From Octopus vulgaris (lineage: Eukaryota): a stretch of 64,000 nt of DNA. Each line of letters opens with the position of its first letter. The stretch's first letter is position 1. The notes below the pieces were generated by a model. It saw only the letters and a list, made by a program, of their open reading frames with translations, made no database searches and was not told the DNA's origin. The position numbers and the translations under genes were made by a program. The DNA is taken from NCBI GenBank assembly GCA_951406725.2, contig OX597837.1, forward strand, positions 24,738,001 through 24,802,000, read 5' to 3'. Below, piece after piece: positions 12,844 to 24,450 of this stretch.

Positions 12844-15800
12844 GGCACTGAGTGGGCAGAATCATAATCATGCTGGGCAAAATGCTTAATGGCATTTTGT
12901 CTGTCATTACATTCTGAGTTCAAATTCCACCAAGGTTGACTTTGCTTTTCATCCTTTTGGGGTCGATAAATTAAGTACCAGTTGAGTATTGTGGTCAATG
13001 TAATTGACTATCCCCTTCCCCCAAATTTCAGGCCTTGTGCCTATAATAGAAAGGATTATTATTATTATTCCTTTGTAATACAGTGTAGGTAAAAATGCAC
13101 TGGAGCCTTTAGTCATCTGTCAAGTCACAACAAGTACCTCAGGCAGATAATACTTCCCTTAAGATGTGCACTGTGCTCAAAAAAGCTGCTTTTTACAAGA
13201 CATCAATCTTGCATGGGATTTCCAGTTGACTTAAGAAGTCTTGAAGTTTCAATGGAATTGAGCCCAATGCTCCGATCACCACTGGTGTCACCTTTACATT
13301 ACCCTCCTGCATCTCATACAGTCTTGCCATTTCCATTTTCAGTTCGGAGTACTTGGTGATTTTTCAACCTCTTTACTCACAACATTCATGTCATTTGGTA
13401 TGGCTACATCAATGATCTGACAGTATTTGTCTCTCTTATTCAATATGACAATATCCAGCCGACAGTGTTCGGTTACATAATCTGTCTGAAAATCTCAATG
13501 AAATCCATCTGATCCATGCAAGTATGAAAAAGTGGACATTAAAACGATGATGCTGATGATACTGACAATTCCATGTCCAAGAATCTGGTAAAATACCTAG
13601 TCATATAAACTCTGTAGTCCATGAATGAAATGAAAGCTATTTTTCACCATACTATTTATCATTATTAATGTTAAACACTTTCAAAAGAACAAAGAAAAGG
13701 TAATTTTCAGAATGAAAGTTGAAATTAGACAAACTTATTTTGGAGAAAAAATAATGTTTCGATTTAAGCAGTGACTAAACTTAAGAAATTTTGACCAATA
13801 TCCACTGAAGAGAAGACTATGTTGACATGAACAGGTAATTAAGCAGGACAATGTACAGGCCAGAATGAAAACACTTGCGTTTGTTAATAGAAGACATTCA
13901 CAGAAGAGACAGACTAAAATGATAATGAGAAAGGTTTTGATCAAAGCTGAGAAGAGGCGAAAAGATGCTGACTCTAAATTTTAGATCCTAAAATGATAGA
14001 ATTGTGGGGAGCTGGAGTCAGCATCAACAAGAATTTTCATTAAGTGATTACAGCAGAGTTCTTACTTTGGTATTGGAATAAAAATAGTTGTTCCATCCAC
14101 TTGAGGGTTTATGGCAGCTCCTGATTTAATGATTGCATTCTTCACTATTGGCAAATACTGGAGAGAAAATATAAATCAGTTATTTCAATATTTGTCAAAT
14201 TCTGCAGGTAACTGACCCAATCCCCAATAAATTTCAGATATTTAAGGTGGCAAGCTGGCAGAATTGTTAGCATGCTGGGCAAGATGCTTAACGGCATTTT
14301 GTCAATCTCTACATTCTGAGTTCAAATTCCACTGAAGTTGACTTTGCCTTTCATCCTTTTGGGGCCCAATAAAATAAGCACCAGTTAAGCACCGGAGTTG
14401 ATTTAATTGACTTGGCCTCCCTCCCCAAACTGGTGGCCTTGTGCCAAAATTTAAAACCTCTTTTTACACTTTTACTCTTTTACTTGTTTCAGTCATGTGA
14501 CTGTGGCCATGCTGAAGCACCACCTTTAGTCGAGCAAATCGACCCCAGGACTTATTCTTTGTAAGCCTAGTACTTATTTTATCGGTCTCTTTTTTGCCGA
14601 ACCGCTAAGTTACGGGGACGTAAACACACTAGCATCGGTTGTCAAGCAATGTTGGGGGGACAAACACAGACACGCACATACATATACATATATATATATA
14701 TACATATATACGACGGGCTTCTTTCAGTTTCCGTCTGCCAAATCCACTCACAAGGCTTTGGTCAGCCCGAGGCTATAGTAGAAGACACTTACCCAAGGTG
14801 CCACGCAGTGGGACTGAACCCGAAACCATGTGGTTCGTAAGCAAGCTACTTATCACACAGCCACTCCTACGCCTATATATTTCAGATAGTGTTTTATTAT
14901 TAATAGTTATCGCCAAGCTAATATGGCAGTCCAGAAATATAGGACAAATGCTGCCATTGATTAGCTCCAAGAGGCCATCGCTTCTAGCTAGCTATGTGAT
15001 ACACGAACCTGTGTCCATTATAACCTTCGAACAGGGGAGGTCAGCTGCTTCCCCTTGCTGGTCAGGCATCTGCAGACTAGTTTCAGGGTATTTGCCCCTT
15101 ATCAATGCAGAGCAGCCGAACCCAGCAGGCGTTGTTTTATTAACTTCAACAGAAAGAACTACAAAGGCAATCTCCAGTGTTATCTGAACTTACAGCCAAA
15201 CATTGAAATACATTTAACACACAGCTACCAGCTATGTTATCTATTTGAATATTAGAAATTGTAGAGTGATGGGCAAAAGTACTTTGAAGATTTAGTTACA
15301 GATCTTCTTTCCCTAACCAATGTTAATTTCATGTCTCATTATTTTGAAGTCAGTAAGGTGGTGAGCTGGCAGAATTAAAATGCTTAGTGTCTGTCTTTAC
15401 ATTATGAGTTCAAATTCCACTTAGCCTGACTTTGCCTTTCACTCTTTGGGGATCGATGAAATAAGTATCAGCTAAGTACTAAGATCAATGTAATCAACAT
15501 GATCCCCCTACCCTAAAACCTTGCTGGCCTTGTGCCAAAATTTGAAACCATTAAAGGTGGCGAGCTGGCAGAATCATCAGCACATTGGACAAAATGTTTA
15601 ATGACATTTTGGCCATCTTCACATTACAAATTCAAATTCTGCCAAGGGGGTCAATGAAGTAAGCACCAGTTGAGAACACTGGGACTGATGTAATGAACTA
15701 GGCCCTAACCCTAGAAAATTTCAGGCCTTGTGCCTACAGTAGAAAGGATTGTTCAGGAGTCAATAAAATAAGTAACAATCAAGAATTGGAACCAATCTTA

Positions 15801-18800
15801 ATAAACTCCCTGAAATTTCAAACTCTTGTATCTATGTTAGCGATAGATATAAATCAGTAAATTAATACATCATGACGTATATTTACCATTTAAATATGGC
15901 TAACCCCTAAGGGTGGTTGCTACTGTAGTTTGTAGCCCCAGGAGGACACCTCCTCAGCCAGCTGGAGGCAGTGGCCTCCTGGGGCTACAAACTACAGTAG
16001 CATCCACCCTTAGGGGTTAGCCATATTTCAAATGGCAAATATACGTCACGATGTGTTGCAGCTACTGTTTATAACTCGCTCTGAGATTTATTAGTAAATT
16101 AATATTAAATGAAATAATAAGGTGGCAAACTGGCAGAATTGTTAGCATACCAGACAAACAGCTTAGCAGCATTTCATCCAACTTTACCTTCTGAGTTCAA
16201 ATTCCACCAAGGTCTACTTTGCCTTTCATCCTTTCAGAGTTGACAAAATAAGCACAAATTGAACACAGGGGTCAATGCAATCGACTTATTCCCTCCCTTG
16301 AAATTGCTGGTCTTGTGCCAAAATTTGAATTCAATATTAAATGAAATAATGGAAATGATTAAGGTAATATGACGATGATTAAGATATACAAGGTAAATGA
16401 GAAAATAATTCCCATGTTTGATGACATATAAGATGTACTTTTTTCTTCAAAAATTTCTCAAAAAATCGCCCCAGGTCCTACAAAGTTGGGCCTATATTAT
16501 GCGAGGGGTCTATAAAAAGTCTTGAGCCTCAAAAAAAAACAAAACAAAACATGGTACAAGACTTCTGATGAAGGTACAAGACTTCAAGGATCAAAGGCCT
16601 TGAAGGCTCAAAACTTTTCATTCACCCCTCGTACAAAAAACTTTCTTCTTTAATATGTGCAGCTGATATTGGGGAGTCTTTTGTGCCATCAAATATAATA
16701 GAATTAATTAATATTAAATGGAAAAGAATGTAATGAGATATGCATAATAAAGAAGACAATCAGAAGACAAACCTGAGTTGACTCCCTTAAATTAATCACT
16801 ATCAAAGATGGATTCTTCTGGATAATTTGAGCAATTTGGTTGAGACGAAACTCTTTATTTTCTATTTTCACAGTAATTGTATCAAAAACACCTGAAATAA
16901 GTGGATTGTGGAGTTATCAGGATTTTGCACAGAAATTAAGGTAATAAAATGAGAAATAACAAAGATATGTTAGATTAAACTTATGCAATAGAGTAATATC
17001 ATAAATATTACTATATAAAATATGTCATGTGGTCTCTTTATTTGGCAACTGGTTTCTCTTTTTTTGTATTGATATATGAATGTAGAAGGAGAAAGCAGTG
17101 GCTGTGCTGAGAGAGGTGGAAGAGAGAGAAAGAAAGTATATCAAGAGATGTGTATTATAAAGATGGATAGGTGAGAGAAGAGAGAGAGAAATAGAGAGAG
17201 ATAAGTGGTGAGACATAGTCAAGAGAGCAGACAGTGAAATATAGGGAGGGAGGGATGGAAGAAAGAGTGAGAAAGGAGGCAATAGTGTGTATGAATAAAA
17301 GAGGAGAGATAGAAAGAGGAAAAAAGATAAAACTCTACATCAGAAAGGGAGAATTAGCGAGATGATAGAGGTATAGGGAATGAGTGAACGAGAGAGAGAG
17401 AATGAGAAAGGAGAGAGAGAGAAATTCAATAATATCATGTGTTGGGGGTAGTAGTAGTAGTAGTAGTGTGTGCAGTTGGTGAATATGTTGGAAAATCTCA
17501 TCATTAAATACTGAGTGTGAAGAAGGAAATGATTGGCATAAGATGAGAAGAGAGAGAAGTCATTTTTATTTCAAGGCACTGGACACTGAAGACAGACGAC
17601 ATGTCTATAGCAGCATGAAAAACTTGGAGACATTAAAATAATGATAAAGTAATTCATGTTGATGAGAAAAATAATAATAATTATAATGGTACATAGGCGC
17701 AGAAGTGGCTGTGTGGTAAGTAGCTTGTTTACCAACCACATGGTTCCGGGTTCAGTCTCACTGCGTGGCACCTTGGGCAAGTGTCTTCTACTATAGCCTC
17801 GGGCCAACCAAAGCCTTGTGAGTGGATATGGTAGACGGAAACCGAAAGAAGCCTGTCGTATATATGTATATATATATGTGTGTGTTTGTGTGTCTGTGTT
17901 TGTCCCCCTAGCATTGCTTGACAACCGATGCTGGTGTGTTTATGTCCCCGTTACTTAGCGGTTCGGCAAAAGAGACCAATTGAATAAGTACTGGGCTTAC
18001 AAAAGAATAAGTCCCGGGGTCGAGTTGCTTGATTAAAGGCGGTGCTCCAGCATGGCCACAGTCAAATGACTGAAACAAGTAAAAGAGTAAAGAGTAATGA
18101 AAATTAGGACAACTTACGGGTGGATACTCTGAGAGAAAGTTGATTTAAGTAATCCAGTTGAAGCTGTTCCAACACACTAGACATTTCGGATTTGAAAGCT
18201 GTCAAATTTATTACCTCCTCCATTTGGTCATCACTAACAAACACTTTTGGTTTACCTGCTAGCAGAAAAGGGAATTTCTGAGAACCTTCCAAAGGAACAG
18301 TCTTCAAAAAGTAATTTGCAAATGTTTATTAGTTTTACCTTTTATTGATGAAAACTAAAGAAATTTGAAGAATTGTTGATAAAGAGAAAGAAAACCAAAT
18401 TACTGGAATCTTAAAAGATTAAATCATCAGAGGAAATATTCTATAATATTTATTCTAGTTAAGGCAGCAAGCTGGCAGAATTGTTAGCATGCAGGGCAGC
18501 ATTTTATCCCTCTTCACATAAAATTTGTTGGGGTGCTGCCTCAGAAAATTTTTAGCTGTGTTAAAAGAAACAAACATATAAAACGAAAATTTATGCATAA
18601 ACTTGGTTCACATTTTAGCCACTGCCGAGAAGTGTGTTTAATTTGTTCACTGAACATCACTGTGAATCCCCCTTTGTTTTTCAAAAATCCCCACTAAATC
18701 ACAAAACAAGGGGGGGGGGAGAAATGTGCCCTATTTTTCAAATCCTGGCAGCAACACTGAAGTTGGAAGTAGGATAATAATCTAATTCTACACTTTATCA

Positions 18801-20554
18801 CATTCAAGAATATAAACACGTTTTTAAGCACAACACATGCAGAGTCAAAAAGAAACACTATCTTTCACCCGACACTGTCATTCATGCAGTGCTCTCTCTC
18901 CCTAGTGTGAAGCTTCCTATCTTGGACATGTGAGCCAAACACCACATAACTGGAACTGTGAAGTGTCCAGTTCTATACAAGGATTTTTGTATTTTTTCAT
19001 AAACTAGGGGATGGCTGCTGACATTAAGTTTAAGGATTATATAATGCACAAGTATAAAGAAAGAATTAAAGAAAAAAGGACCCGTTATATTGAATGTTAT
19101 CAATAATATCAAGTGGAAATAGGGGGTACTGCAGTTCTTATACATGAGCCACCACTGTTTCAGGCTCAATAAAGTAAGTACTAGTTGAGTACTAGACTAG
19201 GGTTGATGTAATCAACTTACCCTTTCCCCTAAAATTGCCGACCCTGTACCAACACCTGTAACCAATATTTATTCTGGTTCCTTACATTGTGAGTTTAATT
19301 TTATTTTTCATCCTCTCTAGGTGAATGCTAGATTTTCTAGAAATGGCAATCAAATTACACCCTATCATATTGAAAAGAGAGAATTACATTGGCTTATGCA
19401 ACCAGGCTCATTGCTAGGCTTTGGTGCCTGCCTGAGGGTACTTCAGAATATTCTGGGTGGGCACTAATTTGTATTATAGGAAGATTTGTGTAAGCTGTAT
19501 TTTCTAAACCTGAGGGTGCACCATTGAACAGTGAGGGGGGAAATGCCATCCAGTTTGTAAATTGTATTTTATAAATATGAGGGTGTACCATTACCATTGA
19601 ATAGTGAAGGGGCCGTACCATCCAGTGCACCTCCTAAGTGATCAGCATAATTGGAATTCTCTCGTTTCTAGCTACATAATAATTATTTATCTGATTCATG
19701 GAAGAACATTCAACAAGAGTTCTCAATAACTGATTCATAGAACAACATTCACAGAATGGGATCTTCTCGGTTTGAACGGCAGTTTTTTCTAGCGGTGTCA
19801 TATGAAATTGTCACCCATAATTATGACCCTAGTATCGATCTCTTGCATTTCAATCTGTTTTAGGGTTAGGGTTAGTTAAGTTTAGTTAGGGTTAGGGGTG
19901 GGGGGAAGGGTATCTTTTTTTTCTTCACGAATGTAAATAAACCCAATCTGTTTCTTAAATGAGGGACATATTCATACAGCATAGAATGTTGTTTACCTCA
20001 ATGGACGTCAGTGATTGGTTGAAATTGCAGAAATTGGAGAAAAAAAACAACAAATATCTTACTAACTATAAAATTTTCTCAATAAAGCCAAGAGAAAAAG
20101 ATGTTTTATAAACACATTCTACCAGTATAAGAAGTTTAAAATTTTTTAGTTACCTAGAAATTATGTTAAAAACTGCCGCTCAAACCGAAAAGATCCACAG
20201 AATGTCCTAACCAGTTTCTGCAGTAACGTTTTGCTTATTTGGAGATCCACCCCAGACAAATAATTATAACTAGTAAATAATGAATAAGGAATGAAAACAA
20301 ATCCAATACTTACTTGTCTTCTTCTTAGATTTGGAAGCTTTGGCATATTCACGGATATGACACCAGTTGTATGATGCAGTTAGTGAGACACTGGATCTTG
20401 GATCAATATTTCCATGACATTTGGATAACATACATAGCATTTGTCTCCTGTTATTGAATGGTGTCCAACTGGAAGGATATTTCTGGATAAAAGCAGGTTG
20501 CATCTTTGAAAAGAGACCAGTCTGTAGTCGCCATAAAACCCTCCATGTATTCAT
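8152..20554 (-). CDS. MRRF: Mitochondrial ribosome recycling factor, 6 coding exons, ~278 aa
   Basis: Exons 20554-20314, 18255(or 18258)-18118, 16891-16773, 14157-14066, 10161-10002 and 8238-8152 total 837 nt with consistent phases. The N-terminus is basic and presequence-like (MNTWRVLWRLQ). RRF motifs: LNQIAQI, INPQVDGTTIFIPIPKVSKEHREKL, SEDLI, KQKDLLG. An acceptor at 20558-20559 implies an upstream non-coding exon. AATAAA on the minus strand at 8045-8050. Confidence 0.93.
8481..9222 (-). mobile_element. CR1-group LINE 3' end (same family), tail split by a Helitron
   Basis: Reverse complement of the 6874/62761 family. Confidence 0.8.
8495..8859 (+). mobile_element. Non-autonomous Helitron
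   Basis: 5' TC, subterminal hairpin (cctgagcaacgccggg) and 3' CTAG. Inserted between A8494 and T8860 with no TSD; removing it restores the CR1 tail taatgaaa/ttattgtatac. Confidence 0.85.
9772..9991. mobile_element. piggyBac-type MITE
   Basis: TTAA on both sides; TIRs CCCTTT(C/T)GTTAC. Confidence 0.9.
11143..11220. repeat. Compound triplet repeat CAA-CAG-CCG-CCA-CCT
   Basis: Read directly. Confidence 0.9.
11221..12005 (+). mobile_element. Degenerate mariner transposon with internal deletion
   Basis: HTH start MEVTKEHIQHILLYEFSKG; DD34D region FHQDNAWPH...[13 protein letters not shown]; right TIR ttatgggatgacccaata followed by TA. Confidence 0.88.
12123..12843. mobile_element. Unclassified interspersed repeat sitting between (ATT)n tracts
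   Basis: A reverse fragment recurs at ~35145-35330; internal duplication 12480-12615 / 12624-12730. Confidence 0.55.
13038..13495 (-). mobile_element. R4/Dong-clade non-LTR retrotransposon 3' end (restriction-like endonuclease)
   Basis: Minus strand reads ...DIVILNKRDKYCQIIDVAIPND...KITKYSELK...VTPVVIGALG, ending in (TAA)n. Confidence 0.75.
15868..16092. repeat. Fold-back insertion (~88 bp arms plus unique tail) flanked by a 12-bp direct repeat
   Basis: agtaaattaata at 15856-15867 and 16093-16104; arms ~15868-15955 and ~15963-16053. Confidence 0.8.
16502..16631. mobile_element. mariner-type MITE
   Basis: Imperfect ~28 bp TIRs cgaggggtctataaaaagtcttgagcct and aggctcaaaacttttcattcacccctcg; TA at the right end. 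Confidence 0.65.
19759..20196. mobile_element. MITE with 8-bp TSD and GG...CC termini (Merlin-like), containing TTAGGG repeats
   Basis: TSD acagaatg at 19751-19758 and 20197-20204; ~29 bp TIRs ggatcttctcggtttgaacggcagttttt. Confidence 0.85.
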
Positions 20555-21649
20555 AATCTGCAATATAGTATAAAAAGGAAATTTTTAAACTGGTTGATTA
20601 AAACCTGCAATGTATTATTATTCCTGAGGCCCTTACATTATTTAAAAGAGAAAGTTTATAGTTGGGTCAGTAATCAAGATGTTGGTATGTTAATTACAAG
20701 ATTGGTAGCTCAGCGATTAGAGCATCAGGCTCACAATCACGATGTAGTGAGTTCGATTCCTGGACCAGTCCATGTGTTGTATTCTTGACCAAGACACTTT
20801 ATTTTCACATTGCTCAAGTTCACTCAGCTTTAGAAATGAGTTGCAATGTCACCAGTGCCCAGCTTGACCTTTGCCTTTCCCTCGGATAACATTGGTGGTG
20901 TGGAGAGGGAAGGCTGGTATACATGGGTGACTGTTTGTCTTCTATAAACAACCTTGCCTAGACTTGTGCCTTGGAGGAGAACTAATATCTCCTCAGTTCT
21001 GGAGCCATCAGTGTTACCCAGAAGTGACACCAGATGGGCTTACCCTCTGACCCTGGGTTAGAGGTCGGTGCCTCATTTGGGATGCACAGTCTGCGACTCC
21101 TTCGTTCCCTCCCACATCCGGGAAAAATGTTTAGTGGTATTTCTTCTGACTTTACATTCTGTGTTCAAATGCCACCAGGGTCGACTTTGCCTTTTATAAT
21201 TTCGGAGTTGATAAAATAAGTACCAGTTGAGTACTAAGGTCAATGTAATTGACTTGCTCCTTCCCTTGAAATTACCGACCTTGTTCCAAAATTTGAAAGC
21301 AAAATCTCAGAGGTTTGGCAAAAGTCACGAGTGTTGTGAAGATAAACAATTATTGAGTTTCAGATTGTTTTATTGTTCAATCATAAGTATTTGATGTACA
21401 AGTGTGTCCACTGGTATTGTAAATGACCAGAACTATACTGTAACATACCAAGACAGTAACAACAATGATTTCATAGAAATGGACCCTTCCTCAAGATAAA
21501 AAAAAACATTAACAATTTTCTTTTCCTCTGAAAATGTGATCCAGTGCCTATGTTAGAAATCATTGTAATAATGTTCATTTTTTTAGGGTTTATTTTATTT
21601 TATTATATAGCTATATAATACATATATAATACAAAACCACATTAAGACC

Positions 21650-22232
21650 AAAATTCCGCTATGGTAGGCCCTTCGACCCCACAGGTCTTCATACTCTGTC
21701 CTGCCACCTAAATGTTGGCTGCTTTGCTCATTACACAGAGCTAAACCTAATCATTAAGCAGGTGCCTGGCTTGGATTAATATCCCTTCAGTTCTGGAGCC
21801 ATCAGGGTTAATCAGAAGTGAGACCAGATAGTCTTACCCTCTAACCCTGGGTTAAAGGTAGGTGCCTCATTGGAGACGCACAGTCTGCGACTCCTTCGTT
21901 CCCTCTCACATCCTGGACGCTGCAGTTAATGGCAGGGTCACTGCTTCCGCAGCCGAACGTTATGAAACCTTGAAGTATTGGGACCTGACAGTGAACTATC
22001 TCATCCAACCTGTGACATTTGAGATGTTCGGAGGGACTGGTCAACATATTGTAAAGTTCTTGTCAACGTTGGCAGTTCGCCTCACCAAGGTGTCAGGTGA
22101 TGCCAGTGAGGACGTTTAGCTTTCCCAACACCTTAGTGTCACCATCGCCCGAGGTAATACTGTGAGTGTGCTGGCTTGCTTTGGTAGGTTCCGTTAAACC
22201 TTTTGTGTGCGACCAGTTGCTGTGATAAAAAA
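21650..22232 (+). mobile_element. CRE-clade non-LTR retrotransposon 3' fragment
   Basis: Zinc-knuckle remnant DPTGLHTLSC, LEPSG, PWVKGRCL, TVCDSF, KYWDL, FEMFGGTG, LSVTIARGN. A partial copy lies at ~20985-21120. Confidence 0.75.
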
Positions 22233-22469
22233 AATCCTCACAAATGGTTTAAATACAGTTTTAACAGAAAGATTTGGAAGAATTAGATGAGGGTTCTCAG
22301 GTAATTTTCTTTCTTGTAAATAAATGTTTATGTTAATTAAAAAATTAGCCAACAAAATCTTATAAAATGACAATGTTCTAAAAGATGTACATGTTTATAT
22401 GTTATATATTAAAATAAAAAACCTTACTTAGTATTCTCTTTAAAAAGTTAAAAAGAACATTAAAATGCA

Positions 22470-22985
22470 AATCCAACATTGAAGAAAACACAAACATGAG
22501 CGAAGAAAGGAAAAAAAAACATCAATTCAACACTAAGTGCCTTAATTGACCACACACTACAAGGTTCAACAGAACCAACTGAAGCAAGCCAACACGCTCG
22601 CGGCTTTACCACGGGTGATGGCGAGGCTAAGGCGTCGGAACAGCCAAGCACCCCCACGGGCACTACCTGATTTATCGATAAGGCGAGCTGCCAGCGACAA
22701 GAACTTCGTTGTTGCTGGTCCAGTACCTCCAAACGTCTCAAACGCCACTGACTGAAAGAAATGGTCCACTGACAAGTCTCGATACTTAAGGAATTTGTTC
22801 CGTTCGGCTACGGAAGCTGTGACCTTCCAATTTACTGCAGTATCTAGAATGTGGAAAGGTGCAAAGAAGTTATAGACTATGACGTTCAAGATGAGGCACC
22901 TACCTCTTACCCAGGAACAAAGGGCAAGACTATCTGGTCTCTTCCCATCCCACGGGATCCAGAATTGAAGGGATATTAACCCGAG
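22470..22985 (-). mobile_element. CRE-clade fragment, tail-to-tail with the previous copy
   Basis: AERNKFLKYRDL...VAFETFGGTG...RRLSLAITRGKAASVL. Confidence 0.78.
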
Positions 22986-22999
22986 TTAGTGCTCGCTTG

Positions 23000-24450
23000 T
23001 TTTGGTTTTTCATTCTTGCGCAAGACAATAGATGTTTGGGGGGAATGTACGGCAAAAAATATCTCAGTTCAAGTTAGGTACTTCTTAATCTCATCGATCA
23101 AGGTGCAATATGGAGAAATGAAAGACAAATACTGTAAAATATTATTGCAACGACGCCGGTGGACGTTTCTGCCACTCAAGGACACAGTAAATAGCCTCAA
23201 GGTGGTAACTCGAGCTGCTAGAAAAAACAGCCAAATTTCCTTGAAATTACACTCTGTTGTATAAAAGAGGAAGAACGCGTTGGACAATTCAGTCCTATAT
23301 ACACTGTCTGATTAAAAAGATGGGATGGTCACGGTCGAGACGTCTTTGATTATGAGTCTACTGGGTAGGAAGCTGACCTGCGGTGAGACAACCTCATCCA
23401 CCGGTCGCAGTATTTATAATTTGAATTCTCTGTTTTTTTTTTGTGGTTTTGAGAATGGATCACCTCTTCATTGATAGCTCGGTTTACAAAGGTGAAGCAA
23501 TTACTTATATTTAATGAATACGAATAAATATTTTATTCCACGAGGAAACGAAGCCGCAATGTTGTCGCTCGGCCTAGCAGACAAACTTTCCTACAATTAC
23601 ACTTCAAAACATAGAAAAACACATTTTGATAATACAGTCCATGATTCATTATGCATGAAAATAAGATGGGATGGTCACCGCTGAAACGCCTTTGATTATA
23701 GATCTGACTTAGGACTAAGCGATAACGAAGTTATTGCAAGTAAAGAACTTATCAAAACAAGCGAAACAAGAAACCAGTCAAGGGCAAAACTTGCAAATTA
23801 TTTCTAATAATATATATGACATATATTCAAGCAATAAGTTTCTGATTCCACTATGTTTCGTCACGTTTATCAAATTAAAGAAATGTAAGAACAAATGTTT
23901 TTACATAATAAAAGCTAAAAACTTTGACAAGAGAAACCAAAATTACTGACCGAGGGGCACATGTTAAATGTTTGGCTAGCACTAGTTTTGTATTTACATG
24001 TAATTCACTCTGACGCTGCGTAGAATTGAATCGGAGGTTAAATAAGTCTTTATAAATCAAATAGTGTTTTAAAGAAATAAAACTAATTATAATAACTAAT
24101 TATTCTTATTGCTATTATTAATATTAATCCAAACAAAAAAAGATGAATTACTAAATACCAAACTAAATATAGTTGATAGCTTTACACGTTGCCAACTTGA
24201 CTACTTTAAAATATTTTCTCTTTAAATTCTTTTACTTTTCTCTTCATTTAAATATAAACCACAAAATTAAACCTTATATTAGCTGCTTTACCATCACTAA
24301 AACAAATATTTATGAGATATTTAGCTAAACCATTAAAAAAAGCCATAATAGAGAGAATTGCGACTGATTTTGATCTCCTTGTTCTTTTTTTAAAGGCTTT
24401 TGTTTGTAATTAAGAAATGTTTTTGTAAACCCTTCACAATTTATTGTGAA
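23000..24450. promoter_or_regulatory. Probable bidirectional promoter region of MRRF/RBM18
   Basis: Lies between the divergent genes, is SINE-free and has more CpG than the introns. TSSs cannot be located from sequence alone. Confidence 0.45.

Noticed and set aside
23455-23491. Alternative RBM18 first coding exon (MDHLFIDSSVYK)
   Set aside because: Ends in phase 1 with a weak donor, whereas exon 26579 needs phase 0; 24451-24465 fits.
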